Shown here: piece after piece, positions 45,725 through 55,046 of the stretch
How positions within the stretch are numbered: position 1 is the first letter of the stretch
Layout of the letters: each line of letters starts with the position of its first letter
Assembly: GCA_044892525.1 (NCBI GenBank)
Contig: CM097885.1
Coordinates: 41,976,001 to 42,040,000, forward strand
Length of the DNA: 64,000 bases
From: Schmidtea polychroa
Taxonomy: Eukaryota
Direction of reading: 5' to 3'
The notes under the pieces: model-generated
The model's database searches: none
Seen by the model: the letters and a program-made list of their open reading frames with translations, nothing else
Told to the model about the DNA's origin: nothing
Made by a program: the position numbers and the translations under genes

Positions 45725-47329
45725 TACCGAAAAGAGGACAAAAATTTACTATTTCCGTTTGAACGAAAAGAATGATATTGAATAACGAATAACAACATTA
45801 ATTTTATCCTGTACCACATCATAATAGTCACAAAAAGTAAGCAATTTAAATTATATATTCACGTTATGTTTATCAGACAGTTTTACAATTGAATAATATT
45901 TTCACATAGAATAGTTGAATTATTATTTGAGATAGTTGATACAAAAATTAATTATGTCACTGATGGCTATTCAGGAATAATTTCAAATTTCCGCTAAAAT
46001 GTCCAATAATAATTAAATAGGCCTTCTGATGGAGTTGTATTCTGGTGTTGACCATATTATAGGGCAACAATTCACCAGAAAAAAATGTCTGGTGGATTTG
46101 CATGACTCCTGGTTTCGTCCGATGGATTTTCCTTACCACCTCGTTCTGTGATAGCCGGTATATACACATATAAATCATTTTTTAATTCCATCTACGACTT
46201 AAATTAAGGTTCGTGAAAGGAAATCTTGGGGAAAACTTAGCTATTCATGAGCTTTTTCCGTCTTTTCACATCCTATTTTTCACCAAATGACTAATCGGTT
46301 AGAAAATTTAGAGACTCCTCAAAAATTTATAAATGATATTGTGAGTAAATACAAGGAATGTAACTCCATAGATACTTCACCGATCAAATGGAATCTGGGT
46401 CGTTGGACTTAGAGAGAAATTTGGAGAAATTAATGGTTGGATGAAGAGTCTACTTGAATGGTTAATTGTGAGCCCAAAAGATTTAAGTAAACTGACTTCT
46501 CCTCCTTTCGGTGAAGCTTTTTTATTTGTTCTAGGGGTGATCCCGCACAGTCAAATTTTGCCTATCAGGTATTTCCTCGGAACTCATATTAAAACATTTG
46601 CTTGATTGTATTGTTCACAATAATAAACGCGAGGATACAAATCTGTGTACACCACAGCACAGATTCTTCAAAATCACTCGAGTCATCTCGAATAAAACAT
46701 GTAGAACCAGCTGGACAAATGAGTATTTTGAGGTTATTTCAGATCAATTCACCCGATGTAGTTAGATCATCATACCAAAAGCAGAGTCAATTATCACCCA
46801 TGAATTTTTCTGTAGATTCCGGTTCCTGTGTATCCGTATTACTAGGGTTTTTTGGTTTTTAAAAACCGGCTTTTTTGCTAATTTTTAAAATTCGAAAACT
46901 GGGTTTTAAACGGAAAAACTGGTTTTAGTTACCATATTAATTTGAGAAAATAAGTAAATTATTTAATTGATGAAGTTTACATTTATATAAATTTAAATAT
47001 GACTGCTCTGATATCAATTGAAGAATGGTTGAAATTTTTTTTAATAATAAGTTTGGAGGAATAAAAAAGACATTTGTTTGTTCAAAGTAAATTTTTAGAA
47101 GTTATATGTTTTAAAGCGCAACTTTTGTTTTTTTCACTGTAAATACTTTTTAAATAAACATTTGAAATTTTATGTGATATATTATTAAACTTTGTAAAAA
47201 TTTAAATTAAAATTAACTATTTATTAGTCATTAATAAAATAATTAAACAATTTTCAATTTATACAATTCATATTAATAACATTTACATAAAATAAACATT
47301 ACAATCTTTGTGATACCAGTACAAATCCC

Positions 47330-47373
47330 AATAGTAGACTAGTTTCGAGCTTTTGGCTCTCATCAGTACTATT
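47330..47373 (-). ncRNA. Minimal type I hammerhead ribozyme (Penelope-associated architecture)
   Basis: Minus strand reads AAUAGUA-CUGAUGA-GAGC(CAAAA)GCUC-GAAA-CUAG-UC-UACUAUU: 7-bp stem I, complete catalytic core, 4-bp stem II and palindromic minimal stem III. Confidence 0.85.
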
Positions 47374-47653
47374 CAGGAGACGCTAAGATTTCTTTTCGCG
47401 CCTGGTAAGTATACAATATTGCTGATTCAACTCTATTGCTTACTGTACCTGCTACACTGGAAATCACATCGATAGCAAATTCGCTAAATCACAGAAAGAA
47501 ATATCTGCAAACTTGTAAACATGGCGTATGAAAAATCATATTCATCTCTGGAGACACCGTCTATACACAGAAAATGTTTACAAGTGCATCCGTAAACCTT
47601 TAACTTGTGCATAACTTGTAATGGATTAAAATATCTTTTTACGTATGCCTAAC

Positions 47654-47948
47654 AGTAGTAGTAAGATGTGTCACCTCCAGGACATGTCACATCCAGGACA
47701 GGTCAAGGTCTAATTTTTAAGGTCAAGGTCAAATTTTTAAGGTCAAGGTCAAATTTTTTAAGGTCAAGGTCAAAAATTTTTTTTTAAGGTCTGATATCAT
47801 TTACTGATATCATTCACACATGATTTAGTAACAGTTCATAGTGCAAATCATGTGAATTTCCGTTGATGTAATCGATTATTAACGCATAATTTCATACCAC
47901 ATGTTATCCCTTCAAATATTTTAATCAATAATAATTCAGTATTTTTCC

Positions 47949-47999
<51 letters not shown>

Positions 48000-48290
48000 A
48001 TTTTTACAAATAATTACTATTATTATAAGAACTTTTATTTCTTCCAATTTCACCACTGATTATAATATCCATTGAATTGAAAAGAGACTTTGAAGATTAT
48101 AAATCAGTAATATATCGATGTTTGTCGACTCTCACAAATTGTCGGCACTGCCTTGTTAAGTGAATTTGATCATTATTACATTAAATATTTATTGTTGGAT
48201 AATTACATTTAAAAGGTTCAACCAATTTCATAAATCAGCTTTGAATCACTTTAATATAAATCTTCATAAGAAATTACTTTATTATTATTA

Positions 48291-48384
<94 letters not shown>

Positions 48385-48739
48385 ATTTACATCAACTCAA
48401 ATTTAACAAGGTTAGTCACACAAATCGAATTCTGAAATCAAACAAATGCATTTAATAAAAATTAAAATCATCGACATACACAACCGCCGCCCGCCCACCG
48501 CCCGCTCGCCCGCCCACCGCCCGCTCGCCCGCCGCCCGCTGCCCGCCGCCCGCCCCGAAGGGGCTGGGCGGTAGTTTGTAAATTTGGTTTATTTTGAATA
48601 TTATTATTTGATACATAGTTTTATTATTTACAATATTCAAAGTATTAATAACAAAGGTAAAGAAATAAATGTTTATTAAATGTATATAGTATGATACTCA
48701 TTAATATACATTGAACATGCTTTACATTTGCGAACATTT
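47654..48739. repeat. Left terminal inverted repeat (~1086 bp)
   Basis: Starts with (AGT)3. The inner 191 bp match the window end in inverted orientation; the outer part is inferred. Contains AGGTCA arrays, microsatellites and a GC-rich tract. Confidence 0.85.
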
Positions 48740-49085
48740 TAAATTTGGAATTTTAAGGATTACCTTCGATAGATTATATTGAATAATGGTTCATTAAAAA
48801 GGTCTCATTTTTTTTTTGGATTTTTGTGAAAAGTTGTAGGTTAGGCTGAAAATTAATTAGTAAAAAAAAAATTGGCACTTTTTGTGTTGTCGAAATAATT
48901 GAAATAAATATTAAAAAAAAAATGTAAAAACTGAAAGGTTAAATATCATTGCAAGTTTGCTTGTCTTTTTATTATATGTATCGTGTTGAAATATCTAATT
49001 TTCTTATAATCTATCTATCGATCATCTTGTTGCTTTGAATAATAGTATAAACATAATTATTTTTTCATTTTAATTATTTTCAACC

Positions 49086-49470
49086 ATGTCGGAAAAAGGT
49101 AAAATATGAATTTTATGTTTATTAATTCTTTTTTTTTTATTTAGCATATATAATCAACTTTTTGATTGAAAAATTAGAGGAAATATCTAATGTAAAAATT
49201 AGAGAATTTATGAATGTTCCAGAGAAATTAAAATGGCCGTATTCAGACGATGAAATTAATGAAGATGATATGTCATATGAATCTGAAAATATTTCCCAGC
49301 AAGAAGATGAATATACTGATTTGCCTAGTGAAGAACTTAAGTCATGTATTGAGAATTCTACAACAGATAAATTACCAAATGAATCTAAAGAAGATGAATC
49401 TATTGTTTCTACTAATTGTATTGATCATATTGTTGAAAATATAATGAAAAGAGATTGTATTGAAGATTAA
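49086..49470 (+). CDS. Polinton acidic hypothetical protein, 2 exons, 112 aa
   Basis: ATG TCG GAA AAA G|GT...AG|CA TAT: a 46-nt intron (49099-49144) supplies an in-frame ATG to ORF 49162-49470. Confidence 0.65.
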
Positions 49471-49542
49471 TAAATTTGAAACTTTAGTTATTTTCAATGA
49501 TTTAAAAACACCAAAACACTAATAAAGATGTATTAAATAAAT

Positions 49543-50133
49543 TTAACATGAACAATGTTCCTCTTCAAACTTATCTTCGGCTTTTATAATTTTCCAAATT
49601 GGTTTGATTCGGTCTCTGCTTACATTATACCCTTGAATTAATATGGTAACCATGCAGGTTATTTTGCTCATCTTACCACCATTGGGAATCATATCCAAAT
49701 CGTTTCTAATGAACATATCTTCATCATCAAATTCAATATTTTCATTGATCCTCTGAAATAATTGTCCCAATAGCATCTTGTCATGAAACTTGATTTTGGA
49801 AAGTCTCACATTGTAGAAACAATTTTCCAGAGTTACTGGTTCCTAACAATAAATAATAATAATAAAATCCAAAAAATTTATAGAAACTTACCTTAAATGT
49901 ATAGGAAATTGGACAATACAAATAATTTAGTTTGTATTGCATGAATTCGACTGGCTTTTTTGTATCCACTCGAACATTGACCAAGGTTTCCGAGGATAAT
50001 GTCGCTTCTTTAAATTTCCGTTTTCCGAATTCCTGAGCGGCATCTGCATTTTTTCTCTTCAAAACTCCTAGATTAAAAAACTAATAAATGGAATATGTGT
50101 AAACGACAACAAACCTGTAATTTGATTATCCAT
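49543..50133 (-). CDS. Polinton hypothetical protein, 3 exons, 164 aa; possible OB-fold ssDNA-binding protein
   Basis: Exons 50133-50115, 50067-49892 and 49842-49543, joined in frame by 47- and 49-nt GT-AG introns. The SSB idea rests only on the C-terminal beta-strand pattern and acidic tail. Confidence 0.7.
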
Positions 50134-50335
50134 TTGTAGTTATAATATTTAATAATTTGAACCAGATATTTTATACTAATTTCATTGTAAACAAGTTTCA
50201 AGTGACAGGCATGATCAAAACGTGATCAACTAGTTCATTTTATGCTAAATAACAAAGTCTGAAATGATTTATTGTACACAAAGAAATATTATAGGTTAGT
50301 TAAGGTTATCACAAAACAAATATAATTATATTTTA

Positions 50336-50734
50336 TTACAACAATACATTTTTTCGCAATTTCACAAGTAATGCATGAATTATTTCTCGTTTCTGTAGAT
50401 TTACAAAACATGTACAACTATCATCCCCACAAGTATTCTGCATATTATTTTTACAAAAATCACAATTTTCAACATCATGGGTATAACATGTAATCGTAGC
50501 ATGATCCATATGAATTAAATCTATTACATTTATTCCAGTTATTTCATAAATTTTGTAAAACACAACTTTTGGAGCACAATACATTAAGGAATTGTTCAAA
50601 TTCGGATAAAAATCTTCAATTTTATCAATCAAAATTTTTAGTATAGTTTCTAAACAAAAATCAGTAAATTTAAAATAAAAACAGTTACCTTCATGTTCAA
50701 TCATTGTTGAATAAATATTCAAGCAAATCCTCAT
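50336..50734 (-). CDS. Polinton Cys/His-rich hypothetical protein (probable start 50704, overlapping the TBP-like stop)
   Basis: Open frame with 'CYTHDVENCDFC...CGDDSCTC'. An in-frame ATG overlaps the end of the upstream gene. Confidence 0.6.
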   Translation of the reverse strand: MRICLNIYSTMIEHEGNCFYFKFTDFCLETILKILIDKIEDFYPNLNNSLMYCAPKVVFYKIYEITGINVIDLIHMDHATITCYTHDVENCDFCKNNMQNTCGDDSCTCFVNLQKREIIHALLVKLRKNVLL

Positions 50735-51209
50735 TACTTATATTTGAAGAAATTGTTAAAGATCCAATCAAATCCTTTACATCGTTTATAATTCCTTCAA
50801 CAATAGTATGAAAATCTAAATTTTTAATACCTAGTACAACTATTTTACCACTCGAAAATATATTTACACATAGTGGATTATATTTTGTATAACGCAGAGC
50901 GGGAAATAATTCAGGCTCATATATACAATCTCCATCTAATAACTTTGCTAAATTATTCAAATTAATAGATTGTTCAACCTTGGTAGCTATAGTAAGACTT
51001 TGAACTTGAATATCTTTGATATTATATTGCAAATTCTTGAATTCGATAGGCTTCTTACAACCCATTATACGACATTTACCATTTTTGAAAAATATAATAG
51101 TATATTTTCCAGTTTTGTCGACATATTGTTGTGGTTTACACTTGGGGAAATTCATCATACCAACAGTTTCCAAAGACACACGACCTCTATAATTAATATT
51201 TGTCAACAT
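50697..51209 (-). CDS. Polinton-encoded TATA-binding-protein (TBP) homolog, 170 aa, intronless
   Basis: Second repeat 'INLNNLA...IYEPELFPALRY...VNIFSSGKIVVLG' is close to canonical TBP. First repeat is shortened but keeps 'TIIFFKNGKCRIMGCK'. Confidence 0.9.
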   Translation of the reverse strand: MLTNINYRGRVSLETVGMMNFPKCKPQQYVDKTGKYTIIFFKNGKCRIMGCKKPIEFKNLQYNIKDIQVQSLTIATKVEQSINLNNLAKLLDGDCIYEPELFPALRYTKYNPLCVNIFSSGKIVVLGIKNLDFHTIVEGIINDVKDLIGSLTISSNISNEDLLEYLFNND

Positions 51210-51322
51210 TTCTACTGAATATTTATAAAAATCAAGTATATATATATATATTATATTATAGTAATTAAATCAATTTATTCTTTACGATATAAACAAAATT
51301 AATTTTTAAATAAATATTAAAA

Positions 51323-51949
51323 ATGGAACTAAGAAATGATGCTGTAAATCAAATAGTCGGACCAAGTGGTAGCGGCAAAACTTTGTTTGTTTGCAAATTA
51401 CTAAAATCACATTTATTTGAATCAAAATTTAACAAAATTTATTGGCATCGAGGTGCTGATCAAGAACACGGATTGACTCAATCAAGTTTCTGTAAATTGA
51501 AAAATATGAAAATAGTAGAGGGATTTGATAAAAATTGGTCCAGTAGACTAAAGAAGGGGGATGTCATAATTATTGATGACTTGTATCAAGAAGCTAATAA
51601 AGAAAAGAATTTCAATAATTTATTTACTAAAATCAGTAGACACGTTGGTGTAACTGTTATTTTTATAACTCAAAATCTATTTCATCAAGGTGGTGCACAT
51701 CGAACACGTAATTTAAATGTACAATATTTAGTTATTTTTAAGAATCCTAGAGATGCAACAGTGATTGATTTTCTTGCACGTCAAGCATACCCTAACAATC
51801 GTAATTTTCTTATCAGTGCATTTCAAGATGCTACAAAAATACCTCATGGATATATATTTCTTGATTTCACACAACAATGTCCCGATGATTTACGAGTAAA
51901 AACAGATATTTTCAACCCAAAAGGTGCCATGGTTTATAAACAAAGTTGA
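51323..51949 (+). CDS. A32/FtsK-like genome-packaging ATPase
   Basis: Walker A GPSGSGKT, Walker B IIIDD, 'FITQN' sensor and 'RTRNLN' arginine-finger region. Confidence 0.95.
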   Translation: MELRNDAVNQIVGPSGSGKTLFVCKLLKSHLFESKFNKIYWHRGADQEHGLTQSSFCKLKNMKIVEGFDKNWSSRLKKGDVIIIDDLYQEANKEKNFNNLFTKISRHVGVTVIFITQNLFHQGGAHRTRNLNVQYLVIFKNPRDATVIDFLARQAYPNNRNFLISAFQDATKIPHGYIFLDFTQQCPDDLRVKTDIFNPKGAMVYKQS

Positions 51950-51967
51950 AAACCTCTATGAATAATA

Positions 51968-52501
51968 ATGTTTCTAAAAGCAAGGGTGAAAAATATTAGG
52001 AAATTAAGAAAAAGTATTAAAAAGAGTATTAAAGTTCCAAAGGTTCCACCAACAACTAGTTATACACCATCTAAAAAACTTGTAACTGAAAATTTCTCTG
52101 CAATGAATCTTATTTCGAAAAATCCTAAACCTAAACGTGAAACCCGTAAAACCCGTAAAGCCGGTAAAAAAGTAATTAAAAATCATCGCAGTTTTCCATT
52201 TTTTAATGCATTGTTAAAGGCCCCGAGTATGAAAAGAATGAATATATTGCAATCATTCCCAAATTTTGTTGTCGATGATTTACTCAATATTATACTTAAA
52301 GTAGTCAAAGGCAAAATTAAAATCAGTAAATCAAAAAAGCATTTATTGAGCAAACATAGGAAACCTTTGTTATCATTAGTGAATAATAAAAATCGTAAGC
52401 AAATGAGGAAAATTATATATAAACAACAAGGTGGATTTATTGGTGCATTGATACCTCTGGCATTATCATTATTAGGTGGAGTTGTAGGAAATCAATCATA
52501 A
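51968..52501 (+). CDS. Basic virion-associated protein with a C-terminal protease-released amphipathic peptide
   Basis: Very K/R-rich. Ends 'KQQGG/FIGALIPLALSLLGGVVG', an adenain-type GG|F site followed by a hydrophobic helix. Lies after the ATPase, as is typical of Polintons. Confidence 0.75.
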   Translation: MFLKARVKNIRKLRKSIKKSIKVPKVPPTTSYTPSKKLVTENFSAMNLISKNPKPKRETRKTRKAGKKVIKNHRSFPFFNALLKAPSMKRMNILQSFPNFVVDDLLNIILKVVKGKIKISKSKKHLLSKHRKPLLSLVNNKNRKQMRKIIYKQQGGFIGALIPLALSLLGGVVGNQS

Positions 52502-52504
52502 ACA

Positions 52505-52732
52505 ATGGGTGCTAATCCTTCATTACCTAATTTAAATTTTAATTTTAAATCTTCTTGCTGTAATGGAGAAGATTTGGACGAACCCAGAAGACGAAGCCGG
52601 TTTCGGTGGAGTGGCAAAATTAAAGAAAAGAGTTCCGAATTCGAAAAAAGAAACCCAGAAGTGGTTATCAGATCAGCTTGCGTACAGTTTGAACAAACCA
52701 ATGCGGAAAAGATTTCCAACAAGAGCCTATAA
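52505..52732 (+). CDS. Possible small myristoylated protein overlapping the integrase start
   Basis: Starts 3 nt after the previous stop. MGANPS fits the MGxxxS consensus; CC at residues 18-19. Confidence 0.4.
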   Translation: MGANPSLPNLNFNFKSSCCNGEDLDEPRRRSRFRWSGKIKEKSSEFEKRNPEVVIRSACVQFEQTNAEKISNKSL

Positions 52733-52950
52733 AACATTTGGTATTGACGATTTATGGCAAATGGATTTGATGGAGATGATACCGTATTCGAAAATTAACA
52801 ATGGGAATAAATATATTTTAACATGTATTAATGTATTCAGCAGGTTTGCACGAGCAATACCAGTCAAGGCAAAATCTGCAGATGAAATGTCAAAGGCAAT
52901 TAATATTTTATTTAAAGATGGACATCCTAATAACTTGCAAACAGATTTGG

Positions 52951-53042
<92 letters not shown>

Positions 53043-53672
53043 TTAGGTAAAGAATTCTACAATAACAAAGTTAAGCAAATCCTCGATAAACTGAAAATAA
53101 ATCACTACTCGGTACATTCTCAATACAAAGCTGCCCATGTTGAAAGATTTAATCGAACACTGAGAGATAGATTAAAGAAATTATTCGTGCATCAAGGTAA
53201 TAAAAAATGGGTAAATGCTTTACCGAAAATAATAACAAGTTATAATCATTCATCACATCGAGGACTGAATGGATTGAGACCGGTTGATATTACATCAAAA
53301 ACATTCTATTCTAAGAAATCTGTAAAAATTGCAAAACCTAAATATAAAGTCGGTGATCGTGTTAGAATTAGTAAAATTAGTGCATCACCATTTATTAAAA
53401 ATTTTGATACAAATTGGAGTGATGAAGTCTTTGTAATTTCAAAAATAAATACTAAACAGAATCCTGTAATGTATGTCATCAAAGACAGTGATAATAATAT
53501 TGTACAAGGGAAATTTTATGAGCAGGAATTACAAGTCATTCCTCCTCCAAAGGTATTTAGAATTCAAAAAATATTGAAAACTAAAAAGGTCGGCAAGGAT
53601 AAACAATACTATGTCAAATGGCATGGTTATCAAAACCCGTCATGGATATCAGCAAAGGACCTAGTAAAGTGA
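52563..53672 (+). CDS. Retroviral-like (RVE) integrase with C-terminal chromodomain; one 96-nt intron (52951-53046); 337 aa spliced
   Basis: DDE residues in 'WQMDL', 'QTDLG|KEF' and 'VERFNRTL'. Chromodomain 'YYVKWHGY'. The poly-Ile run is bounded by GT and TTTTAG. Confidence 0.95.
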
Positions 53673-54685
53673 ATTTTTATACTATTTTACCGAGCAATAG
53701 TTGCCCATTAATTCATCCAGACAATCAAGCCAGTAAATTTATGGTCAATCTCCAGAATCCGATTTCTCTAAATGGTGACTGGGAAGTTGCACTGCAAGAT
53801 TTTACATTCGTGTACAACACATTCCCATTTTATAGTCAATGTAAGATTGATTTCAAAAGGAATATTGTGAAAACATGTAGCGGTATCTTTATTATTAGTA
53901 ATTATGATAAAACATATCATATTCCGAACCAAATATTAGATTCGCATTGCTATATATTTTACAAGGATGGATTAAATATCAGTTGTGATTTTAAACCATT
54001 TACAATAACATTCGAAACTATTGAAGATGCCAAACGAATGGGTTGCAATAAGCTGAAAAATATTGTTATGGAGACCGAGTATTTATTACGTTTTAATCTA
54101 TTTGAAGCAAACAGTATAGTGAAAGAAGAAATAAAAATATCTGTGTCGTATAATGATGAAGTTGAAGAATCATTCACCTTTGCTGATGAATTATATTTTG
54201 ATAAACTTGATGTATTACTTAAATATTTAAAGTTCAATTGTTCACACATATTTAAAAATTTGGAAATTGTGAAAGATTTGATGTTTACCTTCAGTTTGAA
54301 TGAGGATATTTGCGAAGTTACATTTGATAAAAATTTGGCAAATTCACTTGGATTAGATAAGCAAAAATATAGAGAAAAATCGACTGGTATACGCAAACCA
54401 AGAATACTAGAACATCATCAACAAATGTTCATATATACTAACATTATCGAACCCATAATTGTTGGTGATTCCAGTGTTCCTCTTTTGAAATCGGTATGGA
54501 TTGGAAAATATGAACATGATGAAGTTGTCAATATAAATATCGATAATCCCATGTATTTACCAATAGCAAGTTCATGTATAAACAATATAGAAATAAATAT
54601 TCGTGATGATAGCGGAAAACTTATAAACTTTCCAAAAGGTTCAAAAACTCATTTGACATTACATTTTCGTAAAGTAGATGGCTAA
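53618..54685 (+). CDS. Minor capsid protein (penton-like)
   Basis: 'FYTILPSNS...L.GDWEVAL' N-terminal and 'FIYTNIIEPIIVGD...PLL...IEINIRDDSG...LHFRK' C-terminal Polinton penton motifs. Confidence 0.88.
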   Translation: MAWLSKPVMDISKGPSKVNFYTILPSNSCPLIHPDNQASKFMVNLQNPISLNGDWEVALQDFTFVYNTFPFYSQCKIDFKRNIVKTCSGIFIISNYDKTYHIPNQILDSHCYIFYKDGLNISCDFKPFTITFETIEDAKRMGCNKLKNIVMETEYLLRFNLFEANSIVKEEIKISVSYNDEVEESFTFADELYFDKLDVLLKYLKFNCSHIFKNLEIVKDLMFTFSLNEDICEVTFDKNLANSLGLDKQKYREKSTGIRKPRILEHHQQMFIYTNIIEPIIVGDSSVPLLKSVWIGKYEHDEVVNINIDNPMYLPIASSCINNIEINIRDDSGKLINFPKGSKTHLTLHFRKVDG

Positions 54686-55046
54686 TTCTGATATTATTAG
54701 TATGTATAGTGATAGCCAATCTGGCGGTGAATTACCATATTTTATTGGTAAACAGTACGGATCGGGATGGTTGAGAACAATTGGTAGATTTGCATTGCCT
54801 ATTCTTAAACGTATTGGTAGTTTTGGTATGAAAACTGCAAAAGATGTTATTATGAATGAACAGAAAATATTACCATCTCTAAAATCAAATGCTTTAGCTG
54901 AATTAGGGAAAGTTTTACCCGGGGTTGCAGGTATGTTTCAAAAAGAAAAACCTCCAGCTCCAGCTCCAGCTCCAAAACGTAAAAGACATGGAATATCACG
55001 TATAAACAAACGAATGAAAGGACATGGAACTATATTTGCAAAATGA
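54678..55046 (+). CDS. Core/DNA-condensing protein (pVII/PW-like)
   Basis: 'QSGG' and 'QYGSGW' protease-type sites, 'RFALPILK' and a basic C terminus. Lies between the minor and major capsid genes. Confidence 0.75.
   Translation: MANSDIISMYSDSQSGGELPYFIGKQYGSGWLRTIGRFALPILKRIGSFGMKTAKDVIMNEQKILPSLKSNALAELGKVLPGVAGMFQKEKPPAPAPAPKRKRHGISRINKRMKGHGTIFAK

Noticed and set aside
47700..47791. CRISPR-like array of short repeats
   Set aside because: Spacers are near-identical T-tracts of about 9 nt, the context is eukaryotic, and there are no cas genes.
48452..48640. 62-aa Gly/Arg/Ala-rich ORF in the TIR
   Set aside because: Translation of the GC-rich repeat tract; no independent support.
52951..53046. 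Poly-Ile transmembrane segment in the integrase
   Set aside because: Bounded by GT/AG and interrupts a conserved catalytic motif; better explained as an intron.
53959..54396. Antisense ORFs in Polinton core genes (also 52004-52186, 59182-59394, 61652-61834, 62035-62262)
   Set aside because: Shadow ORFs of the coding strand with no recognisable motifs.
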